This document shows, piece after piece, positions 10,626-22,595 of a stretch of DNA of 64,000 bases (positions are counted from its first letter, which is position 1; the number at the start of each line of letters is the position of its first letter). Source of the DNA: Marsupella aquatica (Eukaryota > Plantae > Marchantiophyta); NCBI GenBank assembly GCA_973895155.1, contig OZ316891.1:12832771-12896770 (forward strand), read 5' to 3'. Below the pieces are notes generated by a model, which had not been told where the DNA came from, did no database searches, and saw only the letters and a list, made by a program, of their open reading frames with translations. The position numbers and the translations under genes were made by a program.

Positions 10626-13133
10626 ATGGCCGGGAGTACAGGCGGACGGACGAGCTGTAGGATCTCAAGAAGTCTTCTGATTGTGGCGTTGCTGGTGTCC
10701 AGCTGCTTCTTTAATTCTTGGGCTGTTGATAATGGTGCGTCTCACTCGTTTCTGAACTCCAATGACTCTTATCGTACTTCCTTCGTTCAATGCTAAAATC
10801 TGTAGCTGAGGTTTGAAGAACTTAGCATTGGACGGTATCGTCAGTTTTGCACTCAGGACCGCACAGAGCAGAAAGCGGGAAATGCTGTTGGGTGGATCCT
10901 CCAGGGGGGACCTAGAACCGGTCCTGTTGCTCACACCGTACTGAAGGGATAAGTTCGTTAGTAGTGTGGTTCGTCGCCTCGTTACATGGCATTGGACTAG
11001 ACTGCCGTTTGTGTGAATTTTGTCTTCATTTTCATGTCAGTTCCCGGTTTTTTGGCAAGTGTCATGGCATTCGACTGCCTTCTCAGTGAAATATTCTTTA
11101 TATTTTTTTCATAGCAGTTCCCAGTTTTTGGCACCCGTCATCGTGGTAGCTAGACATGTTTTGACTGATTTGTTGTGCCTGCCCCCACTGCTTCCTGCTT
11201 CCGGAGAGATTCTGCAACTGAGATCCAGTGGCACTGGATGCTCCTGTCGAGAGAGACGTCAGATTCATGGAAATCACTCGCCGTCGTTTGTACCTGCTGT
11301 AGTGCTGTGCCTCGTTACTCTTGATTGATTGGACGCTGGTTGTTGTTGTTGTTGTGCAGCTATCAATGAAGAATCTGTAATAGGTATCAACTATGGGCAA
11401 ATTGCAGACAATATACCTTCACCCTCGGCAGCTGTGGCCTTGATTTCTTCAATGAAGATTGGCAAGGTAAGGATTTATGATGCGGATCCCAACATTCTCA
11501 ATGCGTTGGCTAATACGGGCATACATGTTGTGATTTCCGTCACAACAGATCTCATCGGTGGGATTTCTGCCGACCCCAACGTTGCGGATCAATGGATAGC
11601 AAGCAATGTGGTTGCATACCCCAACACCTTGGTGAGATATGTTATCGTTGGAAACGAGCTCTTTTCGTACCCATCGTTAAACGTCACCTGGTATCAAGTC
11701 CTTCCGGCAATGCAGAACTTGCATAGCTCTCTCCTTTCACGAGGATTATCCGACACTGTGAAAATTACCACTTGTTTGGCCATGGACATTCTCCAAAATT
11801 CGTATCCTCCGTCCTCTGGAGCTTTCCGTTCGGACATTGCAACCCCTCTCATGCAACCAATTCTTCAGTTCATCTCGACAACTCAGTCCTATTTCTTCCT
11901 CAATGTGTACCCGTATTTCGCCTGGGCTTCCAATTCTCAACAAATGTCAATAGATTATGCATTGTTTGGGACAGGTTCACTGCAAGTCACAGTCACAGAT
12001 GGGCAGTACACGTACACCAGTCTCCTCGATGCTCAGGTGGACGCGGTGATCGCTGCAATGAACGCTGTGGGCTACGGAAGTACAAATCTCGCCATTGGTG
12101 AGACGGGATGGCCAACACTGGGAGACGCATCGCAGGTAGGTGCGAATCCTGCCTACGCTGCGATGTACAATAGAAGATTGGTGCGGAAAACGCTGGCGAA
12201 TCCCTCTGCTGGGACTCCTAGAAGACCAGGGCAATTCATCCCGACCTACATTTTTGCTCTCTTCAATGAAGATCAGAAGCCCGGCCCGACCACTGAACGC
12301 AACTGGGGTCTGCTTTACCCTAACACTACGCAAGTATACCCCATTGACCTGAGTGGAAAGCTCCCGGACTCTGCTTATCCGCCTCTCGCAGCCCCCGCCC
12401 AGGCGCCCACCACGTCTACACCCAACAACGGTGCTAATTCTCCGGCCCAATCTACGCCTTTTGTTGATAGTGGGACTTGGTGTGTCGCCAACACCGCCGC
12501 GCAGCCTGGGATCACTCAAGTCGGGATGGATTGGGCTTGCAGTACCGGAGGGGCGAATTGCATTCCCATTCAGGTCGGTGGCGCCTGCTACAATCCCAAC
12601 ACCGTTTACGACCATGGATCCTATGCATTCAACAACTATTTCCAACAGTTTAAGACCAAAGGAGGGACTTGTAATTTTAACGGGGCTGCTGTTCTCACCA
12701 CTGTGAATCCAAGTAAGTTCTTCGCGCATCTGATTTGTTTTGTGCCTGGTGACATCACTGTGTGGCTTGTTCTGTTACATTCTGTACGAGTGCTTTTCCC
12801 TTGTCGTCACGATACCTTCAGTTCTGTGTGGAGCAACTTGGCGGATGTCTGGTTTCCATGCGCTGTCTGCGCGGCGGATGTTTCGCAACTTGTGATAACT
12901 GTGTAGCTGCTGGATTCTCTCCGCCAATTTTTCTTGAGGATCTCACAAGCAGCTGATGGCTGGCTGGGATTGATGATGATCTTCCAACGAGCTTTATGGA
13001 AAGGATCAGTGTTAGAGCGGAATTTAGATATTGTGCTTCTGAAGGACCAACCACTGTGACAACTAACAATAACCGTGACATAACTGTAGGTCCGGCAAAC
13101 AACACAGCTTGCGTTTATACGTACATCCCCTGA
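10626..13133 (+). CDS. Glucan endo-1,3-beta-glucosidase (GH17 + X8/CBM43), 3 exons, secreted
   Basis: Exons 10626-10734 (signal-peptide-like LLIVALLVSSCFF), 11360-12712 and 13090-13133, with GT-AG introns and matching phases. Motifs IGINYG, VGNE, NVYPYFAW, IGETGWP, YIFALFNED.KPGP.TERNWGL; X8 WCVA...DWAC...C.PIQ.GG.CY.PN. Confidence 0.93.
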
Positions 13134-14670
13134 TGATAGACGGATCGATCGTCATGAAGAATTTACTCCACCAAGAAAGCCTCAGAATCGACGATTGGAG
13201 GTACTCGATCACCGCACGGCAGTGAAATGCAATCTTTCATTGAGCACGCACCGACGTTGACGTTCTCTCGATCAGAGCATTTTTGCCGCAAGCCATTTTC
13301 GAAGGACATTTTGTTAAGTGGTTCCAAGCCTTACTATCGGGTTGCATCCTCGATCTCCGTCGTCCATCGATAAGACGGCGTGCAAGAAATTAACACTCGC
13401 GCTTTGAAGTGTGAGGTATCCCCATCCGAGGTCGTCCTGTGTGCGGAACAAGCAAATGCGGTCCTGTAGCTCGCTCTTTCCTAAGATTTCCGTATCCGAA
13501 TCCCTTCACTGCCGGCGCTGACTACTCTTTATTGCTCGCCCGTGTGAGCGATGGTGCCTCCTGCATGCTGCGGAAACTGTACTCGTTCTCACGGAGGAAT
13601 TAGTTGGGGCAAACTTCACTACCGACATTTCTACCCCCACCACCTCTCTTCGAAGATTTCACATAAAATAAAAACATAATTTTGATCAATCCTCTCTACT
13701 TTCGGGGAAATTGGGTTGATTGAATTCATTTGTGCGACCGTCGCGTGTCTATTATTGAACCGCAACCCGGCCAGAGTGACTGCGTATACACGATATACGG
13801 GAGCTGATCGAGTGGCGTGGCATTTCTTGGAATAGGATCAATGATACGGTAGTTCTTGTGGAAAGTATTCGGAAGGTTTCAATGGATCAAATACGTTTCA
13901 TTGGATTTATCGGTGCAAGCTATCAGAAACCAGTCAGTACAATCAATTCAATTTTGCGATCCATTCGCAACCATTTTGCCTCGCGAAGCTAGATTCTTCT
14001 CCAGTCTCCAGCTTAAGGTTTTGGGTACGTGGTGATGGGGTCTTGTCAAGTTCGGTGTGCTCGTCAAAAATGTTTCCAGAAATAATTTGATTCCTCTTAA
14101 CGTTAACTGGGGTCCTTCTTAATTAGTCGTAGAATTCGGTCCGGCCAGTTGCATTGCACTATGTACTCTCCCTGTGCGCCTCAGAGCTGCAATCAAATCA
14201 TCCTCAACAGTGGTCCTGAGTCATGAATGGCGATATTTCGAACAACTCTCACTGTGCAGCATGTTTGGCAGTTTGGGATGCGTCTTGATCCCAGCCCGTA
14301 ATATGAATCAAATCGCATGCTTTCTCTAACCGATGAGAACTTTTATCTTCACAAAGGACTTTGCAATCTTCCGTCATAGAAAGAACAGTAGCGGAAAATT
14401 GCAGCTTTCCACGACCCACCGAAACTACGGAGATCAATCTTATTGACCGGGCATTACGGTTCCTGACCAGATCTCGCAGTCGCGGCTGGAGTAGATCGAG
14501 TCTCCTAGGTTTAGATTGCATCCCTGAAAGAGCGAGTACGGTAGATGCCTCACCGACCAATTGAGAGGAATTGTGGGCAGGCCATGGCTAAAAAGTCAGC
14601 AGCAGAGCCGATTTGTTTTGTCTGTTGGCACTCTGCAAACACAGGAAAATGTCAAGCTTGTTGGCATTTG

Positions 14671-14675
<5 letters not shown>

Positions 14676-14702
<27 letters not shown>
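14676..14702 (+). repeat. (AG)n microsatellite, ~13 units
   Basis: Uninterrupted AG run. Confidence 0.95.
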
Positions 14703-14714
14703 CACATGCTACTT

Positions 14715-15053
14715 AATATTGACTCAACCTCCAAACATAGGGATCCATGTGGCCCTTCCAAACAAGTGGATCCGCAAATATTGACTCAACCTTCAAACAT
14801 ACGGATCCATGTGGCCCTTCCAAACAAGGGGATCCGCAAATATTGACTCAACCTTCAAACATAGGAATTCATGTGGCCCTTCTCTGCAAGTGGATCCGCA
14901 AATGGATTGAAAATGAGCCAACAACTGTCTCCTCGCAAGCACGAACATACTTCAACGCCGCTTCACTAATTCGCTCAACCTTCAAACACACGGATCCCTG
15001 TGGCCCTGCAAAACATAAGACCCATGTGCTCACGAACAAGTGGGTCCGCAAAG
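14715..15053 (+). repeat. 62-bp minisatellite, 3 copies plus 1 degenerate copy
   Basis: aatattgactcaacct(c/t)caaacata..gatccatgtggcccttccaaacaag.ggatccgca starts at 14715, 14777 and 14839; a relic copy lies at ~14974-15053. Confidence 0.9.
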
Positions 15054-18000
15054 GGAATGAAAATGAAAAAACCAAAACATCTCACAAGAAAGAATGACGA
15101 CGTCGGCCGTGGGGACTAGAGAGCGAGAGATGCAGGAGCATCCCGGTTTGTTCGTTTGCAACTCGACACAATATACAAAAGTGAGAGTTGTTCGCAAGAT
15201 GTGGGCGCCGCTGACGTGACTCGGTCATGTTGCAGTGTCGCACGTTCCGAAGTCTTCTACAGTTCTACTGGACAGGTTTCATCATTCGGAGAATCTCAAC
15301 GCCTACTTTGGACTGATTGACTGGAAAAGTGGAGATCCTAGTGGACGAAAATATGCACTGCTGTAATCCTTGTATTCTCAGAAGAGTGATGTCGTCAATG
15401 TATTTTGTTTTGAGGGGTCATTGCGGCGGACGAGCGTTTGGTGTGTACTCAGAGTAAAGTACCAGCCTTACAATTATAGGAACCTCAGATGGGATTCCAA
15501 TTCAAGAGTTTTGCTAGGATAGGATTTCTAGGTTTCTACAGTTTTCTTAGAAACGTGCAATTGATCCAGGATGACATGGATTGTATTCTCAACAGTTTGC
15601 TTTACTACAACGAGGATTTTGGCATGTCTGGATGATGAAGATCTGATCCAGAAAGTATATCCCCTAGTGCCATCCTGGTTGGCGCAACTAATAAATATTT
15701 TAGAGTGCATTTGAAGACCTCAAGACATATGTTGTGATGGAAACTTTACGAATATTGTAAGCATTTGGATGTGAACACTGACCTTTTCAGTGTATACACT
15801 ATTTTAATATTAAGGAACTAAAACAAGACATTCATATTCTAGCTTTTCATACGCGAACACAAGATAGCATTACCCAAACTAGGACAGCACTACCTGGTTG
15901 GGTCGTGGCATGAAACTGTTATTGGCCACAATGCCCTGGTAATAGAAAATTTTATACACTTCAATCACTATGATTTTTACTTCAGCCGTACTCTACTTCA
16001 ATCATTCTCTCCTTTCTTCATACTCTTAAACAAAGCCAATTTGCACTTAAAGACAAACCCAAATTGACGAGTTCTATGGTCCTACCGCTTTTCCTCTGGG
16101 CCCCTTAGGAAGTACCCCTGGTGGGGGTCTCCCTGGTGTCTCCTTTTAAGTTTGTAAGTCTGCATTTCCAAGGGAAATATATGTCACGCAGCCAAAAGGC
16201 AAATTCATGCAAGTTGAGAGCTTACTTTTTGGTACGATGAAACAAGTAAAGGACAAATCTTAAAATGCCTTTGCACAGCCTTTGATGGGCATTCTCTTCC
16301 AGAAAGCACAAAACTACAAAAGGTGAAACCTTGAAGAGATTTGGGATTTCTAAGACGTGCGTCAGGTGGCCACTGCTCCCTGGTCTCGAAGGTTATTATC
16401 CCATAAGTGTTTTTTGACAAATACATATAGTTCCTTGAAACCTCCTAGACTAAGGACAAAGGTTAGATCTGGCTATGAGCCCCCCTAGCCAGGGAGGTAT
16501 CTGGTGAGTTTAGTATATACAATTTTAAATAAGTTAGGATAGCAAAGTATTAGAATCTTTCAAATTTCGTTTGTTGTCGTCCTTGGCACTTTCTGTGAGT
16601 AGGAACTTGGCAAACATTTGCAAAGATAAAAAGGCCAAAAAAAACGACTTTGGGGGGAATCTTAGTGGGGAGTAGGTGGGGTTGAGAGAAAAATCTTTGG
16701 GGTGTCGTATGGAGACCAATCAGACCATACTGGTCCCAAACCAAAGTACAAAAAATGATTGCCAAGGGCATCTCCACCTTTGCACCTGTCCTATTTAAAT
16801 AATCCATGTCCTTTTCTGGATTGTACATTATAAGGGCAACTGGTCCCCACTATGGCATATAAAAGCATTAGTGGGACCGCCTCCACCATGGAACCCCGCT
16901 CCTACCACGGGGAGTGGGAGTGTCAAACCCCACTTCCAGTTTCTGCTCCATGGCACCCACACACGGGCATGCTATCTTGCATATTGTCCCTCCACCTTTG
17001 GTTGGAAGTGATCCTCACACTGCACAGGCACCCAAGCCCTCCATCAAGTGTCCCCATACCTGGATCAAAACAAACAGTTCAAACTACAGAACCGAACACA
17101 ATTGAACTGTTTGTTTGAACAGGGATAGTCCTCTGGAGATGATAGCCAAGGTTTTCACCAGTAGGTTCTTAATGCGGTGACCTCATGATTGGAGCATAGA
17201 AGAGGCCTGTATATATCCACTCCCCTTAAATATTTAGTAGTCATCTCTCAAATAATTTTGATATGAATCTTGAATCAAGTCTATCTGTAGCAACTGTATT
17301 GATCCTCTACTATGGGTTTGTTTTCATATTGGTAAGAGTGTCAAAACATGTACAATTTCAGCAATCCTATGGGATTCATTTCCAATTAGTTGACAACAGC
17401 CAATTATGGGGAAGAGCAGCTAGTTGCAAAGATTATCTGTCAAGCAGAATCCCTTGCTTGGGTGCAACAATCCATTAAATAGTAAATATAGCATGACTGG
17501 GATTGAGTGAGTTAAAGTGCAATAGAAAAAATTGATGATTTTGACATGCAAGATTGAGAAGTGGCAAAATTTCTATATTAAAGTGCTTTGATTTATTGGT
17601 TCATTATTCACATAAATTCATGTGTCTCCATTGCAATACACTGTCCACAGTTGATACTACTGCACAAAAGTGGCCCTCCATCCTGCCCAAAAGTGTGCCT
17701 CCATTTTGAGCTGTATTCAGCTACAGCAAGCATGTCTTCTTCAAGAAGTGCATGCATGCCCTTCCCACTGAAACACTAAATAGCTTAAGCTACAAATTGA
17801 AGTAGAATGTGGAAGACAACCAAGAGCAGGCTGTGTACAGATGGAGTACCCTACCCTAATTGTCATTAGTGGAGTCACTACTAAGTTCCTCATGATTGCC
17901 TTTGTCCTACAAGGTAAGATGCAATTGATCACTTCTCCCACTTTGTTTCTGCCGACTCATGCAAGACATTCCCATATTTATGCTTGGGGGCACTTCCACT

Positions 18001-19780
18001 GATGTGCCATACATGTGCAACAAAATATAGGGTCATTTAAATGGTCTTGACTCGGGTCCTCAACGAAAACTTCCAAAGTTTGGGGACAATAGGGTATGCT
18101 TTAAAGAACAATAGGCTCTCGTCAGATGGGTCATATTCCATGAAGTTGTCTAAGAAAGGCAGAGTTTTGTGTCATGTATATGCATAGGACACATGGCATG
18201 TTCTAATTAATTGGTACACCTATCACTATGCAGTTGGTACACAGCAGTTGGTACATATGTATTCCCAAAGCGCCCGCCAAAGAATAGTAGCTTTAATTTT
18301 TTCCCAAGAAAATAGCTTAAAGTATTGCTAGTTGTTTTGAAGAGCAACTAGGAGGTAGTTTGTATTTGTTTTACTTTATCATTATCAAATAGAATCATGA
18401 AAATCATGTACTAAGCCCAATGCTGAGGTGTTCAATGCCCCACTCAAATTGGGAGGACCTTTCTTTTGCATTCAATTGACCTATGGTGAAGGTCATATCT
18501 ATATCTTCACTACGGCCATGAGCTCAAGCAAATGAGTTTTAAGTTGCCATTTGCTCAATTCCCCTCCATTATATGGACACAATCTAGTCATGCAATGATT
18601 TGTGAAGCAAGGTAAACAACCAATGCCTTGAATAGGCAACCAATAGTGTTTGGTTTCCTATTCATAGTGTATGGTACCCACCATGCTACACTATTTGAAA
18701 GTTTAGAGTGCAACATAGACAAAATGATGGTTGGATAATCATAGAATAATATGTATAATTATTTAGTTTCATGGTCTATGGACTGTATAGGAGATCATGT
18801 AGGATGTACTATCAAGTGGAGAGGTAGAGTATATTGCATTGAGTGGAAAGGTGATCGAAACAAATTGAGTGATTGCAAGATTTTGGGCTCTAATTAAGAT
18901 GGTATCTTTTCTTTATAGGCATTCTTTAATTCAAGTTTGGGGTAAACATTGTAAGACATGGCCGCTCTAAAGTGGGGGCGAGAAAAAATAAAATTTCACT
19001 TATAAGTTAGGGGGTGTAGACCTATAAATGTCACACGCAATGTAGGGCCCTTCATATAGTGAATGCCGGCCCCCCCCCCCCCGCAAGTTTTGTGTCCAAG
19101 GTGTGGGGACTTCTTTACTATAGGTCTAGGTGCCTGAACTTTGGGCCTCACTATTGATGGGCATGGCTTTGAGCTTGCAGTAGATGTATTGGAATCCAAG
19201 GATGTGGACATTGTGAATTTTTGCCAATTGTAGAAGCTCTAGTGGGCTGCCAAAACTAAAAAAGCCTACCTGAGCCCTCATTGTGAGAGACTCACAAACA
19301 GGAGAGATAATTTAAAGTTAAGCTCTAGCACTCTCAATTGTTTTTGTAGATTTGTGAGGGGATATTTGTGACATGAAAGAATGTGACTTGCCATGTGTGT
19401 AGGGTGGCCAAGACATGAGTCTTTGGCACATAGTCAACTTTAATTTGACAAGTCTGTACCGTGGTACTCATGCACTTGATGTATCCAGTACATACTGTAC
19501 AATGATCCATGATAGCAAACATGTGAAACTGGAATTATGACATTTAGTTTTAGACAAAACTAGCCCCACTACTCGTTCTTTGAATATGAATAGAGGAGAG
19601 TCATTTAGGAGAGGACAATAAAAGTGTCAACAAAATAGATTTACTATTCTCATTCTTTGAAGCCAGGTTAATGAAATGAAAAAAAAACCATCATGCCTGG
19701 AGCCCATCATTCTAACAATATATCATACATATCATAACATCCTCCTTTCTATGCACATATATTACGGTGGGGCCCTAGAG

Positions 19781-19878
19781 TCACGGTCTAGAGGCTTCAC
19801 TCTAGAAGCCTAGAACTCAACTCTAGCTTCACGGTCTAGAGGCTTCACTCTAGAAGCCTAGAACTCAACTCTAGCTTC
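19781..19878 (+). repeat. 48-bp perfect tandem duplication
   Basis: tcacggtctagaggcttcactctagaagcctagaactcaactctagct at 19781 and 19829. Confidence 0.92.
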
Positions 19879-20119
19879 CCTTTGCGCTTTATACATAAGA
19901 TTGACCCAACTGGTCCTCCATAATTTTCCAAAAAACACACAGGATATGATCTTTTGGTGAGCTCTAGAATAGCTCAAGGGACAAAATGAGAACATATTTT
20001 GCATACTCCTAAAATCTGCCCTAAGAATTTGACAATGTTATCTACTTGTAATCTACAATATCAACTACAAGGGGAGATGTAGCTTCTTCAACAATAAAAG
20101 GTTCCTCTTCATGCATGAC

Positions 20120-20860
20120 CTAGCACAACAGTTGGCAGAGAGGTCCTTTTTGTTGTGGGTTGCTTGGCTTGGGAATGGGAGAGATTCTTGCTTTCAACTT
20201 GGCCATCGTATTTAGCCTCCACAGTCTCAAGAAATCCATGGTCTTGCTGCCAATTACATGCTCAATGGGCAAGGTAAGCATATTCATAAACGTGTGGGTT
20301 TCCAAAACTCTCAAGCATTGTAGTCCTATTTGAGCCACTGCCTGTCAAGCTTGGGTTGGAACCTGAATTGAATGCATCTTCTTGGGCCCTCCCTTTTGTT
20401 GCATTCTCCTTGCCAATTTAGATGTAACAGGCCTATTGTTACTATTTGCCATAGAAGTAGTACGGTCTGCTTCCAAATTCAACCTCTGGCTATTCAGTAT
20501 GACAGTTGTTCTCCTTATCTCTTCAGTACTCTACCTCCAATTGACCATTGTCAGCTTCCCTTTGCCCAAACCCTTGGCCATTTGATCCTCCAATGGCATC
20601 CACCTTGGGCAATCCTTCAAAATGTAGTAGCAAACAGAGAAAGTGAAGTCCTTGCCTTTAGTTGGATGACACTGCTTTTTAAGTTCTTTGGCCTTGTTGA
20701 ATGTACTCTTGCTGTTGGTGCCCCAAACTGTCCAGGTCTTGACAAAAGTGTGGCAACCAATAAATTGGGTGGTAGCCTTGAAAATGCCACTTCACTTCCT
20801 ATTTTCACAACCTCCAGGTTTCTTTATCTCATAGTGCTCCCCTATACATTCCCATAAATT
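20120..20860 (-). pseudogene. Relic of a PIF/Harbinger Myb/SANT-like (NAM-associated) ORF
   Basis: Minus-strand translation ...SGIFKATTQFIGCHTFVK...TFNKAKELKKQCHPTKGKDFTFSVCYYILKDCPRW resembles the K.F.F..CW..LK..PKW signature. Contains stops. Confidence 0.6.
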
Positions 20861-22595
20861 CTACTTTTTCTCTCATGACCCAAAATTTCCAAATGTGAAT
20901 AGCACAATTTTTTCAATTATGGTGCAACAGAGTTCTTCCCTGGTTGAGCAGCCATCTGTGCAGAGCTGCAATTAAATGAGAAAGCATACCATGCAGGGCG
21001 CAAATGGAGCAGGTATGAGACCAAAAATCAATCCCAAGCAAAACATGAGTAGATTCACTATGCACTCCACCTTGGCCTGTTGATGGTAGGACGGAGCTTT
21101 GCAATGCGTGTAGACAGAGCCTGGCACCCAAAACCATTAAAATGAGGAAATTTTGAGCCTATGGCAGATGCAAACATGTGGCACCTGATCCAACATAGAT
21201 TCTATTTTGCAGCACGCCAAAACTTGAATGACAACTTGGGAGAAATAGTGAATATGGCAGTTGAGAGATAAACTGGTTTAGTGAGACTGTTTCTTGACAA
21301 AATGTGGGGTGACATGGCTATACCAGCACAAAAGGAAATTTTTGCATGGAATTTTTTTGGCAACTAAATAGATGTACCAAAGTTCAAAAGAAGCACCAAC
21401 ACATACAAACGGAGTCAGTGTATTTATAGTTCTAATTTTCCTGCAAAATGTTTTGGAATATTTCAATTCCACCACTTTGTTTTGGGTGGAGATGTTTTTT
21501 GATCGAGTTTTAAATAGACTTTTTTGTCTTTAGAAGAACGCACTCCTTCTAAGAAAGGCCTCATTCACTCCTTGGATAAGAAGTGAAAAAATAGTGGCTA
21601 GAAGACACCACCAAGTTGCACGCAAGGTTAGATTTCCGGGGGCAATCATTTTTGTGTGCACAAATTTGCCAATCACTTCCCTTGAAAACAGGCAGGCAAA
21701 TGATTTTTAAAAGTTTTGTTCCATTTGCCATGTACCACCAAATGCACTAGGAGGGAGTACTAGCCAAAAAAGTACTATACAATAGTAAAAAAGTATTGTG
21801 TAAATTGACATAATGTACTCCATAACCAGACCTAGGCCTACTTGTACAGTAAAGAGTCGCCACCTTGGCAAATGTTTAAGAACCAAAATATAGCTGGGCG
21901 GGGCTTCCATCTGTCATCTGAAGCATAAACCCTAAAAAATATTGTTTCTGGGCTAATAAAACCAATTACATCTTGACCTTGAATGATAATTTTTTTTATT
22001 AAACTATAAAACACTCCAAGTCAGAGAGAAAAGCAATTACACTTGCTTGATTGTGGGACTCACCTTGCTAGTAGTCAAACTTTGACACTTCTTCACTTTA
22101 ATTCTGCCATCATTCTAATCAAATTATGAGATGATAATATAATTCCTTATGATAACATTCCAGGCTACATTGAATATGTCAATGCAAGAAGTATCGGTCC
22201 TAAAGTATTTTCTTCAGTTCAACATGGTGCTGTAGTGTAACTCTATCCTCTTACGGTATTTGGCTTAATTTAGGCTATTGCCCAAGTTAGTTAGAGCAAG
22301 GAGCTCAGACTCTTCCTCAACTTAAAATAGATGTGGCCACTCAGGCCACTACATTGACATTTGGCTCTTATCAAGATAGCGCGCCAAAGTGCCAAACACA
22401 AAAGAATCCTCTTTCCACCATATAGATTTACCGTTTGGCATTTATTCTGCTCATAGCAGATTGAACTCCTTGCAAAAACCTACTCAATTTGATTTGTAAC
22501 ATCTTTGACTATGGCTGCTCAATGGGAGTCAAACCCCCCATCAAAACTGATCTCACTAGATCCTGATCCACTGCCCACAATGAACAGCCTAAGGT

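Noticed and set aside
11977-12729. 250-aa minus-strand ORF
   Set aside because: Antisense shadow of the GC-rich glucanase exon 2, with no motifs of its own.
12713-12906. C-terminal ~64 aa of the 525-aa ORF as real protein
   Set aside because: Follows a strong AA|GTAAGT donor, and the exon at 13090 supplies the missing X8 cysteine.
14715-14901. CRISPR-like array
   Set aside because: Units are contiguous 62-bp tandem copies with no unique spacers, there are no cas genes, and the context is eukaryotic.
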